A stretch of 64,000 nucleotides of DNA, from positions 23,647,180-23,711,179 of the forward strand of contig NC_068998.1 of the NCBI RefSeq assembly GCF_001194135.2, in the 5' to 3' direction. This DNA is from Octopus bimaculoides. Lineage: Eukaryota. Below are positions 1-12,650 of this stretch, piece by piece; the stretch's first letter is position 1; each line of letters begins with the position of its first letter. The position numbers and the translations under genes were made by a program. The notes below the pieces were generated by a model that made no database searches, was not told the DNA's origin, and saw only the letters and a program-made list of their open reading frames with translations.

Positions 1-48
<48 letters not shown>

Positions 49-50
49 CA

Positions 51-1080
51 CAGGATACAGTGAATAAACTGTCGTCGAAATTGAGCAAAAATAGAAATAA
101 CACTCACATTTCATTTTAACAGATATATTTACCAAAAATTGCATAAGAATATCGTTAAATATTAAAGAGTGAATTTATTCAATAAAATCGCCAATGCCTT
201 TAATCACAGCCTCTGGACGACTTCGGAATCTTCTGCATCTCTTATGGACAGTCACCTTGTTTAAGTTGGTGAATGCTTCCATAATCCTTGCCTTCATTTT
301 ATCTTTGGTGTTACAAGGATTTTTGAGGCCTCTCGCTCAACAGTGTCCCATACATAATAATGAAGGGAGTTTCGACATCACCCATAACATCTGGCAAACT
401 AACTCTCCAGACTGAAATCTGGCCAGATGTTTGGGGTGATGTTGCAGTAATTGTTTGACAACCATGACCGGGCACTACTGCTTCTATGGCATGGTGCAGA
501 GTCCTGTTGAAAGACATAGGGTCTTCTACCCTATTGACACAGGGCAGCGCTGCATTCCCCGGATATTAGATGTAGGCCACCGTCTTGAGCGGTAGGCCAT
601 GTGAGAAGATGATCGGAGGCATAACATCGCTATCACTAATGATCAATCCAAATGCCATGATGTTTAATGGATGTTTGATTGTTATCACTGTCGGTATGTA
701 TCTGTGTGCGCGCGTTTGTGCATGTGTCCATGTTTGTGTGAGCATTTGTTGCTTTGTGATTAAAACGTTTACGTCTGACACCCTTTATAAACCCGGGCTA
801 TTCAAACATTTAGCTTTTTATGGGATGATTGCACCGTCCTCGGATTGGCACCAAACTCTCTGAAACGTTAATATTGCTGCTTCCGGTGCGAATGCCAAGC
901 AGTACAGCATGTCGTTTTCAACGTACTGACCCACCGAACCGCATCATGAAGCTCTTTTTTTCTGACAAACGGTGCCTAGATGATCGTACTATACTGTGTA
1001 GTCATCAAAATCTAGAACAAACAATGTACGTGGGAGAAATTAAAAATATAAAATGGCGACAATTTTCATCGGATGCTATA
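51..1080 (-). mobile_element. Degenerate, internally deleted Tc1/mariner (IS630-Tc1-mariner) DNA transposon with both termini
   Basis: Minus-strand remnants: N-terminal KRHAVLLGIRTGSSNINVSES (~850-920); VITIKHPLNIMAFGLIISDSDVMPPIIFSHG (~600-690); PYVFQQDSAPCH...ITPNIWP; C-terminal NTKDKMKARIMEAFTNLNKVTVHKRCRRFRSRPEAVIKGIGDFIE* ending at 175. Imperfect inverted ends: caggatacagtgaataaactgtcgtc (51) versus the reverse complement at ~1055-1080 (tatagcatccgatgaaaattgtcgcc). Multiple frameshifts. Confidence 0.85.
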
Positions 1081-2073
1081 TAATATTATATAATATTATA
1101 TATATATATATATACAGGGTCGCCCAAAAGTATGTTTACATGTATTCAACTATCTCGTTTCATTTATATATTAGCATTTTATATATTAATTATAAAAGAA
1201 AACGAAACCCTTATTTTATGCTAATTTAGTTAATTATGTCAAGCTCCGTTTTCAGTTTGTAAAATCGAAATTTAAATGTAATAAAATGTTTTTAAAGAAA
1301 ATTTAAGAGCCAACGTGATGTATATATAAAGGTATATCTGGGTACAGGACGTCACAAAAAAACGTGGACAAAATGAAAAGCAGAACATGAACAGAGCACA
1401 GAAAACAAACAGGCCACATAGAGAATATTTCCTTCATCAGCTGCCCCTATGTATAGGAATGTTTGAGGGTCCCGGTGTTATAGAGGGCGTCAGACGTATA
1501 CTTCTTAATCACAAAGCCCAAAACATGTATACATTAACACAAACGCACAGACACGCGCTCACTAATACAGACAAAGGCAAATACATGTGTTTAGGAGTAC
1601 GTATGTGTGTGTGTGCATGTGTGCGTGTGCATGTGTGCGTGTGCATGTGTACATGAATGTATGTGTGAATGTGTCATATTTACTCGGACAACTTATAAGG
1701 AATGGCTAGCTTGGAAATATAGACTATATGCAAAGAAAAGAGAGAGAATCTATCTATCTGTGCATGTGTGTGTGTGTTGCTTTAAAATATATATTTATAT
1801 TATATATATTATACACACACATACACACACACACACACGCATATATATTGTTGAAATTTACAGAAAAACAAGCGACGAGGTCAAGTGTATAAACAACAAG
1901 CAGGTGTATTAGTTTTGACGCTCAAGATTGAGAAATACTTTTATATTTCGAGCCTACGTTCTTCAATAGAAAGCAAACAAAGAGAGAATACGAAAATTAC
2001 CCAGTGAATATATTGTGGTGCTCTATAATGACTGCACATTATTATTATCATTATCATTATTATTATTATTATT

Positions 2074-2874
2074 GTTCAGTAGTTTTATTTTTATAACGTG
2101 CTTTCACTTCACTACCGAGCGCAGCTCTGTGCGCCTTGGGTATGTACTGTGGTTTGCTGTGGTGCTCTTATGTTTACTGTATTGAAAGTGTTTTGCGTAG
2201 AATGTGTACAGTACCCAGTAGTGCAATTTTCTGTATGTTATTTATATTTGTAAGTCCTGGTGTTTTTGTTATGTATTTGTCTGAATATTTTTTTTATTAT
2301 ACCTAAGGCACTTACTATGATAGGAATTGTTTCTGTTTTTAGACTCCGCATTCGAGTTATCTCTATTTCCAGGTCTTTGNNNNNNNNNNNNNNNNNNNNN
2401 NNNNNNNNNNNNNNNNNNNNNNNNNNNNNNNNNNNNNNNNNNNNNNNNNNNNNNNNNNNNNNNNNNNNNNNNNNNNNNNNNNNNNNNNNNNNNNNNNNNN
2501 NNNNNNNNNNNNNNNNNNNNNNNNNNNNATTCCATAGTGTTGGCATAGCTTCCAGTGTATATAGGTCCCAGCTCTGTCGTGTCTGTGAATGTATTCCTTC
2601 TTAGCCAGGACTGGGCAGCCAGAGATAATATGATTTATTGTTTCTTGTCCATCTCCACATATTCTACAGTTACTTGTTATATTTCTTTTCATTATGTGTT
2701 TTTGGTAATTTCTGGTGGGGAGGCTCTGGTCTTGTGCAGCAATTAAAAATCCTTCAGTCTCTGCTTTGAGTCCTGAGCTTCTCAGCCATTGCTGGGATTT
2801 TTCTCTGTCTATTTCTTTCGCATTTAGTTTAGCCCAGGATTTACCATGTAGGGGCTTTTCTTGCCATCGTTTTA

Positions 2875-2876
<2 letters not shown>
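2074..2876 (-). mobile_element. 5'-truncated RLE non-LTR retrotransposon (R4/Dong-like), lineage A, copy 1
   Basis: WQEKPLHGK...WLRSSGLKAETEGFLIAAQDQSLPTRNY; CCHC knuckle CRICGDGQETINHIISGC; KEYIHRHD; C-terminal KDLEIEITRM...IPIIVSALG...QKIALLGTAHILRKTLSIQ* (stop ~2174); ~100 bp 3' UTR. (ATT)n on both sides; N-gap at 2380-2528 inside. Confidence 0.9.
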
Positions 2877-2921
<45 letters not shown>

Positions 2922-5650
2922 GTCGTTGTTATTGTTGTTGTTGTTATTATTATTATTATCATTATTATTATTATAATACTGTAAAAAGAATAGTATTGAC
3001 AGTAGCTTCTCAATTTTAGCCTGCTTAGCATTCATCGCACTCTTACACATGCGTTCATTTTGGTTTTATATAGGTTGTAGTAAGTTTAATTTTCTTGGCG
3101 TTGTTGGAACGCTCTTAAGCCATGATCAGTTTCTAAGCTAGGTTGAGATGTCTAGATATTATGAAGGAATTTCAGCAAGGAAATATGGAGTAGTTACAAT
3201 TCTGAATTCAGTTATTCATGTAAAAGTTTTTAATCGGATGTTCTTCATTTAATCGGATGTGATACCTTGATGTTTTAGTTTTAATTTCAGCGGGGGCTCT
3301 TATTTATAGTTTTGACCATCATACAAGATGTTGTTAATAAATACGCTTATTTAGTTGTTTCAGATTTCAATCATTGTCATTATACTATACAATTGTGTTT
3401 ATCTGTAGCTTAAAGCGTTGACACGTTGTTTTGAGAGCATTACAATTTCCATGACGTAAAACTAACATACTCAAATACTGAGATCTCATTAAAAATATGT
3501 TTATGGCGGATTAAACCATGCGTAATAGTTCAGTCCACCATTCGAAAACGAACTCAATAAACCTCCTAAATGACACCAACAACAAATAAAGGAAGATGTT
3601 GACCAACTAAACATTTTGTGTTAACTGCTAATCATAACCTCAAGATTTGAAGCCCTCACCCTTAAATAGATACACCAGATTACAAATCTCTAATTACTGC
3701 ATTGAATTCGAAACAATAAATAAAGTTGAAATTTAATTGCTGAAAACCTACCACAAATGTATTGACAACAGAACATACATACAAACTTATTATTCAGCAG
3801 ATCTTCACCTACCCAAGAATATGTTATCTTGTTAGAGATTATATGAAGCCAAGATGTACTTAAATGTACCGCAGTCCGACTAAGGCTAAGCAGGTCAAAA
3901 GTTCGAAATCACAATCAACATCATTGTTTTAAAAAAACATAACATGTACTCTACAACATGTATTGAGTAATCATTCAGCTCTTTACTGTTACTTGACTTA
4001 TGCGCGATTATACATCAATATTAAAGTACAAATTTAGAAAAACCTATCAACAAACCAAAACAGCATGGCAGCATGGGAAGATGTATAATTCAGACCCTCA
4101 ACACATTCCTGTTGCTACTTTCATTTTTCGAACCTACACTGCAAAAACTGATGCAAAATGCGAATTCAGATTCATGTATGAACTCATCAACAAAGATAAT
4201 GCACAGCACTATAATCGTGGCTATTTCACTTCATCATAGATGTGAGTAGCCATTGATAAAACTTGATTACAGCACGACACATATACAGCATGTGTTTTAT
4301 ATACATTAAGATAAGTCCTACTCACAGCTTTGAAGGTGCTTTGAAGGTGCTTTGATATGCATAATATGTATGTTGTACGATGATAAATTCAATTGAAATT
4401 AATTTTATGCCTTCGGAAATCGATACAGAATGTCTGACTAACATATTATAATGACACCGACCGCCATAGTTTCACTATTAAACACTATGTATAGAAACAA
4501 TTTATGCATCGCACTGGAATTCGTTGTTTGTTCAACTGCACATCTTGTTAGATAGCGGCTTTTGTTCGAATCTTAACGAAAATATATTCATGCAGTTGCA
4601 ACATCAGAAAATGCATTTGTCGTCTTTAAATTTTATATATTGTTCTTCTTAAGTATATACTTAAAGAAAAATAGATAAATTACGTTTGTTTTGCTTGACA
4701 TTCCTGTTGGATGCCTCCTGTCTTAATCTTTGGCCAGGTTTTAGAGGTTACTTTTTATTCATGTCAAGTAGATGGCTTCTAGGTCTTATATCATGTTTAG
4801 CTTATACAAACGTGAAATACAAGCAAGGAGGAATGAATATTTTTGAAAAGGTCAGGAATTGCGTGGAGAGGAGACAAATTATAGTGAAAAGAGTAAATTA
4901 TGGATTTATTCCTGCTGTGTTTACAACATTTCTTTTTCAGCATTGTACAATAAATAAGCACTGGTGCACTACTAAACATATAAAAAGAAATGAATACGAA
5001 GACACGTATCAGCATATATATATATATATATATATATANNNNNNNNNNNNNNNNNNNNNNNNNNNNNNNNNNNNNNNNNNNNNNNNNNNNNNNNNNNNNN
5101 NNNNNNNNNNNNNNNNNNNNNNNNNNNNNNNNNNNNNNNNNNNNNNNNNNNNNNNNNNNNNNNNNNNNNNNNNNNNNNNNNNNNNNNNNNNNNNNNNNNN
5201 NNNNNNNNNNNNNNNNNNNNNNNNNNNNNNNNNNNNNNNNNNNNNNNNNNNNNNNNNNNNNNNNNNNNNNNNNNNNNNNNNNNNNNNNNNNNNNNNNNNN
5301 NNNNNNNNNNNNNNNNNNNNNNNNNNNNNNNNNNNNNNNNNNNNNNNNNNNNNNNNNNNNNNNNNNNNNNNNNNNNNNNNNNNNNNNNNNNNNNNNNNNN
5401 NNNNNNNNNNNNNNNNNNNNNNNNNNNNNNNNNNNNNNNNNNNNNNNNNNNNNNNNNNNNNNNNNNNNNNNNNNNNNNNNNNNNNNNNNNNNNNNNNNNN
5501 NNNNNNNNNNNNNNNNNNNNNNNNNNNNNNNNNNNNNNNNNNNNNNNNNNNNNNNNNNNNNNNNNNNNNNNNNNNNNNNNNNNNNNNNNNNNNNNNNNNN
5601 NNNNNNNNNNNNNNNNNNNNNNNNNNNNNNNNNNNNNNNNNNNNNNNNNN

Positions 5651-5699
<49 letters not shown>

Positions 5700-7780
5700 T
5701 TGCATGTTCAAATTCGTGTCCACAAATGATAATCAATTCAAGTGGATAGACGTGCAAAAATTATGATACAGGTCTATTTGCTGTTCACCCGCAAAGTGTT
5801 TCATGAAATATTTCAACAAAAGATTCGGTTTATGGCGACAGAAACGTGAATATGTTAAGAATAATGTTCTTTTGATTTGTTTGGAGTGTGCACCAACGGG
5901 GGGCCGAGATCATTGTGTCACTCACCCATTAAGTATGTCAAAATATTTCTGTAGAATGTTAGATTTTTGGCGACATGTTATTATCTGTGAATGTGTAGTT
6001 GAACATATAATAATTCATATTGAAAAATATATCTATGTGTTTCCCAGTTTAAAAGGAAATCACAAATACCGTTAGTCTGAGTATGACATTTGCAATGTTC
6101 ATAGTATCTCCCCAATGACACTTTAGCTACTGATGTTGGTTGTCGCTTAATATCCAGATATTCATCCATTAAGTCGTGACAAAACATTGTTAAGTATATC
6201 TCAAAGTATATTTATGTTGGTGATATTTACTCGGAAAAAAGTATTTACATTTAATTTGATCTATACATCGTATATAGATATACAATAGATTTATATATGC
6301 CATGAAAGTTTTGATGCGCAGAAGAAGAGAAATTCAGAATCTAAAGTTTAAAATGTACACAGTGCAACCTAAACTTTTTATTATATATGTTATAATTTCT
6401 ATGATAATGTTCGTTGCACTCAGGATGTTTTCTTCGTTTTGAATTCATGTATATNNNNNNNNNNNNNNNNNNNNNNNNNNNNNNNNNNNNNNNNNNNNNN
6501 NNNNNNNNNNNNNNNNNNNNNNNNNNNNNNNNNNNNNNNNNNNNNNNNNNNNNNNNNNNNNNNNNNNNNNNNNNNNNNNNNNNNNNNNNNNNNNNNNNNN
6601 NNNNNNNNNNNNNNNNNNNNNNNNNNNNNNNNNNNNNNNNNNNNNNNNNNNNNNNNNNNNNNNNNNNNNNNNNNNNNNNNNNNNNNNNNNNNNNNNNATA
6701 TATATATATATATACATAATACAATTACAATGATTGCCGGGATTAGTACACCTCCATATGATTTTATTATTTATACAGCATATTTGATGAAAATATGTCC
6801 GATGCACGATTCTGCTGCATAGGTATCTGTATAGGTAATTGCATTCAAATGTGATTGAATTTGCATGTAGTTACTTTGAACTGGTTATTAGTCAATGAAA
6901 CATTATTCAGGATCTATCCTCTGACGTGGTCTGAAGTGAACTACGCGTATGAATATTTAGCTCGCATTATACAACTTCACTATAGTTAATGGGTATAAAT
7001 AATGTGCGAGCAAGATTTGATGATAAGCGGAAATATCATGAAACCGTTAGAAGATGATAAGGGTTTGCTCCCTTGCTTGCAATGTATACCGAGTGCAGAT
7101 TACACTCGGTAACCATTTGGTGGAGGCTCTACAAGAGGCTAAGCTGTAGTGCTGTCGGACAGCCATAATGATGTTGCGATAAACATTACTTCTCAGTATG
7201 GCTACTACTTTAATTTCTTATTAAAAGCTTCTATCTGGCTACTTTGCATATTTGTAATATCAGTGACTGATTGCCGCTTAGTTTTCTATATATTTCGATC
7301 TGTAAGGAGTTCTTGCTATCTCTGGCAATGAATATAGGCAGAAATAGCCCCAAACCGTTCAGGCTGGTGATCCCATCGTCTGCTACGATATTGTAGGGGC
7401 TTCGCTCTCCTGCTTGTAATATATCCTGCATGTAGATAGCAGAGGTAACCAGCTGGCGGATGCTATGCTTGGGGTTAAACGGTAGAACATCCGAACAGCA
7501 ATATTGTTGTGGCGATAACCATTACATCTCGGTATAATTACTACTTTCATCTCTCATAAGCTATTTTGCTTATATATATATATATATATATNNNNNNNNN
7601 NNNNNNNNNNNNNNNNNNNNNNNNNNNNNNNNNNNNNNNNNNNNNNNNNNNNNNNNNNNNNNNNNNNNNNNNNNNNNNNNNNNNNNNNNNNNNNNNNNNN
7701 NNNNNNNNNNNNNNNNNNNNNNNNNNNNNNNNNNNNNNNNNNNNNNNNNNNNNNNNNNNNNNNNNNNNNNNNNNNNNNNN

Positions 7781-7824
<44 letters not shown>

Positions 7825-8967
7825 AGAGAGAGAGAGAGAGAGAGATACATTCATTCGTACGTGCATACATATCAACTTACATACAAGCATTATATCTTGT
7901 ATAATATCGTTACTGCCATTAGACACTATAATATATTGATAATGGATTTTTATCGAGACACATAGCATATTTTTCGGCAGGTCTGTAATCAATTGAATCA
8001 AACCCGCTAAATTCATAACATTTAGTGAAAAATGATAAACGGAGAGAAATTTGAACCTTTTTCAATCGTAAATATTTATAACTATATAGAACAAAAGCCG
8101 TTTATCCGTTGCTGCCACTGTCCTCTGTCAGCTTTAACAAGTGAAGCTGCGCGTTTACAAGTGACATTTTGTATGTTTTTAGTGCACTTTGTTGAAATGG
8201 CAGCCATACATCCGTTAATCCGTTCTTTCATCAAGGGAAACTACAATATCCATAGCAACACTAAAAATAAATGACTAGAACAACAATAACGAGAACAACA
8301 GCAATAACCACCCAGGGACACTGATGACGCTTAGAACCTATTTACAACATAATCACTCGATTTGAATCAAATATATTCAACCTTAAATTTCAAACATAAG
8401 TGATGATAATTTTGTTATTTTTATCTTTACGTATCTAGTTACATACTTTCGTTTGGCTAGGCCGACCTTATTTGGCTTATACTTGATCAATTGAATGCCA
8501 CAATGACCACGCTATACATTTAAACGCATTATTATTCAATATAGTTATCACTTCTTTTCCTAAAAAGTAGAATGACATTTGAACAAAATATGAGTGCCAA
8601 TTGCATCAGGGTTGTCGACCAAATATTCCCTATCAGTTTCTGACTAGTATTCGCCCCAACAATGTTATGCACTTTTGTTATAAGAACTGATTAATGTAGA
8701 ACATAACGTAACGAAACTCTGCATGCAAACTTGTGAGATAATTACTGTGGAATAAGGAAAACGAAATGGGATGTGAACTTTGACAGGGATTCAGCGACAG
8801 ACAAAAATAAAGAAAGAAAGAAAGAATGCATATGTGTAGCGATGGACATGATGGTAATATAGACGATATGAAATTATGAATATAGATTGGTTAGGAAGAG
8901 TTAGGAAGATGCGAAGGTGTATACAGAGAAGAAGACTCATAAATGAGAAGTTGCAGAATATATGGTA

Positions 8968-9009
<42 letters not shown>

Positions 9010-9376
9010 NNNNNNNNNNNNNNNNNNNNNNNNNNNNNNNNNNNNNNNNNNNNNNNNNNNNNNNNNNNNNNNNNNNNNNNNNNNNNNNNNNNNNNNNNNN
9101 NNNNNNNNNNNNNNNNNNNNNNNNNNNNNNNNNNNNNNNNNNNNNNNNNNNNNNNNNNNNNNNNNNNNNNNNNNNNNNNNNNNNNNNNNNNNNNNNNNNN
9201 NNNNNNNNNNNNNNNNNNNNNNNNNNNNNNNNNNNNNNNNNNNNNNNNNNNNNNNNNNNNNNNNNNNNNNNNNNNNNNNNNNNNATATATATGGACATAC
9301 ATACACACACACATTGATACATGTGTATATATGCGTGTATGTTTGTTTATCACCATGTGTTTGCGTGGGTGATTGT

Positions 9377-9429
<53 letters not shown>

Positions 9430-10061
9430 TGTGTACATTATAGTTTTAATCCTACGAAAAGGAAAGAAATGTATCGAGATGGTATCCAGCAATCATATAT
9501 TTTGCATTTGCAAACAACTCGGCTATTTGACAATCAAAACAAATGATTTAAACACGCATAAGTAGTTAACTGTAGATAGATAAGTGTGATTACTTTGCTT
9601 TTATTGCTTGTTTATTCTGTTGTAAGGAATCATATCTTATCTGTCTGTTATATTTACTCTCATTTTCATTTCTAGTACTGTGATATTTGCTGCAATAAAA
9701 TAGAGAATGCTAACTTATCTCAAACTTGTACTGCGCTGGAGGACTGTTTAGGATCGCATTGCTTTAACACGGAACGAATTTCCCCTTTTATTTTAATGTT
9801 AAAAAGTGTGAACGCAGTCCAATGAGATTCTCATTGAAAAAAGAAAAAAAAACAGCAATGACATCAAACAGTACAACATCTATGCATGAAAATACATATT
9901 TCTATACGGAGATATATATAAAATCATAAAGTCATCTGGTGTCAACAATTACAAAAGCTGCAAACCACAGCAAAACTTATAAAAAGAAACGGAAGAAAAA
10001 TAAATTCAGAAATTCAAAACTTTAACGATGTTGACATCAGTATATATATATATATTATCAC

Positions 10062-10120
<59 letters not shown>

Positions 10121-10885
10121 NNNNNNNNNNNNNNNNNNNNNNNNNNNNNNNNNNNNNNNNNNNNNNNNNNNNNNNNNNNNNNNNNNNNNNNNNNNNNNNN
10201 NNNNNNNNNNNNNNNNNNNNNNNNNNNNNNNNNNNNNNNNNNNNNNNNNNNNNNNNNNNNNNNNNNNNNNNNNNNNNNNNNNNNNNNNNNNNNNNNNNNN
10301 NNNNNNNNNNNNNNNNNNNNNNNNNNNNNNNNNNNNNNNNNNNNNNNNNNNNNNNNNNNNNNNNNNNNNNNNNNNNNNNNNNNNNNNNNNNNNNNNNNNN
10401 NNNNNNNNNNNNNNNNNNNNNNNNNNNNNNNNNNNNNNNNNNNNNNNNNNNNNNNNNNNNNNNNNNNNNNNNNNNNNNNNNNNNNNNNNNNNNNNNNNNN
10501 NNNNNNNNNNNNNNNNNNNNNNNNNNNNNNNNNNNNNNNNNNNNNNNNNNNNNNNNNNNNNNNNNNNNNNNNNNNNNNNNNNNNNNNNNNNNNNNNNNNN
10601 NNNNNNNNNNNNNNNNNNNNNNNNNNNNNNTATACCTAAGGCACCTACTATGATAGGAATTGTTTCTGTTTTTAGATTCCACATTCGAGTTATCTCTATT
10701 TCCAGGTCTTTGTATTTTGAAAGTTTTTCCATTTCTTTTAGAGAAACGTTGTCATCTGCTGGTATTGAAACATCAATTAGAAGGCATTTTTTTCCTTCAT
10801 GATCTTTGACAACTATATCTGGTCTATTCGCCTTAATTTCTCTATCTGTGTGTATTGGCATATCCCAGAGTATGGTTGCTTTCTC

Positions 10886-10886
<1 letters not shown>
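10121..10886 (-). mobile_element. 5'-truncated RLE non-LTR retrotransposon (R4/Dong-like), lineage A, copy 2 (3' part in the N-gap)
   Basis: MPIHTDREIKANRPDIVVKDHEGKKCLLIDVSIPADDNVSLKEMEKLSKYKDLEIEITRMWNLKTETIPIIVGALG carries the PD..D..K RLE motif. Three mismatches in ~80 bp versus copy 1. (ATT)n at 10063-10120 and 10887-10960. Confidence 0.9.
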
Positions 10887-10959
<73 letters not shown>

Positions 10960-11427
10960 TATTAATATCTCTAGCAATGTAGGTTTCTATGGAAGGATAA
11001 TACTATTTTAAATCATTCTTCGGAACAAATTCCATTTAGCCCTTTGATTTTCAAAGTGATGAAAGCGTAGGAGCTTAAATGTTATGTCACCAGCGGCATC
11101 TACTCCCGGAACAAGTGTCACATAATTTTGAGAATCTTTAAATCCTGAAGTTTGGTTTTTATTTTTAGAAAGAAATGTTCCAACAATAAAAGTCATGCAG
11201 ACATGAGCTGCCAAGTGTGTGCAATGACGTCAACATTTTATACGTTCAATGGGGGGGGTTTAGCCCACTTTAGTAAATATTTTTTTTTACTGCTCAGGAT
11301 AAGTAGTACCAGCCTTTGTATAGCACTGGCAGTTTTCGCCAATCATTACGCTGTGCAAACTAAAGTGCATCATAAAACTTCGAAATCGGTATTTAGTAAC
11401 AAGAAAGGTTCTTATATTTCTTTACAT

Positions 11428-11618
11428 ATCGCTTGACAAACGATGCTGGTGTGTTTACATCCCCGTAAATTAGCGGTTCGGCAAAAGGGACCGATAGAAT
11501 AAGTACTAGGCCTAGAAAGAATAAGTCCTAGGGTCGATTTTCTCGACTAAAGGCGGTGCTCCAGCATGGCCACAGTCAAATGACTGAAACAAGTAAAAGA
11601 GTAAAAGAGTAAAGAGTA
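11428..11618 (+). mobile_element. SINE family 1, 3' half
   Basis: cgatgctggtgtgtttacatccccg...ggcggtgctccagcatggccacagtcaaatgactgaaacaag with a (TAAAAGAG)n tail; the same body recurs at 23757, 24281, 30606 and 33744. Confidence 0.85.
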
Positions 11619-12039
11619 TTCCGCCGTCTGTTTCTACGAGTCATCATACAAACATTTTTTTTTCTTTTTGTAAGCGAGTGGGGCACCATACTACGAAACT
11701 ACGACTACGCAATGCAATATCTACCTTATAAAAAGCCAGGATATAATATCGGCCTATCCGGTTTAATAGTCAGAATTAGTGAACCATTCGAAGGCACAAT
11801 AATAGCAGCCCTAGGAGCCGAAGGGGAAATTAAACACGTAATGTGGAACATCGTACCAGAGTTACCAATAACTCTGTAAGAGATAAAGCGACAGGCGACA
11901 AGGATAAGTTAATTAATGAAAAAAAGAAAAATCTGTGGTCAGCTAAAGAAAACAGAAATAGGTTCGGTAAGAAAAACAACAACCGATAAATATATATTCA
12001 ACAGGCATCGGCGTACTAATATATGGCCAAAGGGTAGTG

Positions 12040-12650
12040 ATACCTCATTCTTTACAAAAGGAATGTTGAAAGAATTCCATATTGGACATCCGGGGATCAC
12101 GAGGATGACAGCGCTTATGCGCAGTGATGTATATTGGCTGAAGATGGACAAAGAATTTGAAAACGTAGTAAAAATCTGCAGAAGATGTGCTCTGGCAGCG
12201 AAATTACCTACTCGAGAATGGATGCCTTCACCAGAACTAAACATTCCATGGTCAAGACTACATAACGATTTTGTGGGTCCGTTAAATGATTATTATTTAG
12301 TAGCTGTTGAAAGTTGTACAAAATGGCCGGCAAATTTTAAGTTTGAAAAACTAACTTCCGAAGTGGTCATAAATTTTTGAATGAATTATTCGCAAGGATC
12401 CTAGGCGTGGTTCTATCTGATAATGGAACACAATTTGTGTCCAGTGGATTTAGAGTATTCTGCGAAATGTTCACGGTAGAACATAAAACGATAAAGCTTT
12501 ACCATCACATATCGAGTGGACAGGCAGAGTGCTTTGTAGACACATTTGATAGATCTTTGAGAAAACAAACAAGGAAGTCAGAGAAGAAGTCACTCTACAT
12601 CCATTCTTAAGTATATACAGAGTGACACCAAACCCCAAGTTACACGTTTC
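12040..12650 (+). mobile_element. Ty3/Gypsy LTR-retrotransposon integrase fragment (pseudogenised)
   Basis: Zinc-binding LKEFHIGHPGITRMTALMRSDVYW..MDKEFENVVKICRRC; core PWSRLHNDFVGP; after a frameshift, VLSDNGTQFVS..F..FC...YH..SSGQAECFVDTF. No LTRs seen. Confidence 0.9.

Noticed and set aside
6990-7540. Possible LINE remnant in a moderately GC-richer stretch (also 3480-4300, 19030-19330, 20700-21150)
   Set aside because: I could not recover diagnostic RT or endonuclease motifs by eye; left unannotated pending a repeat-library search.
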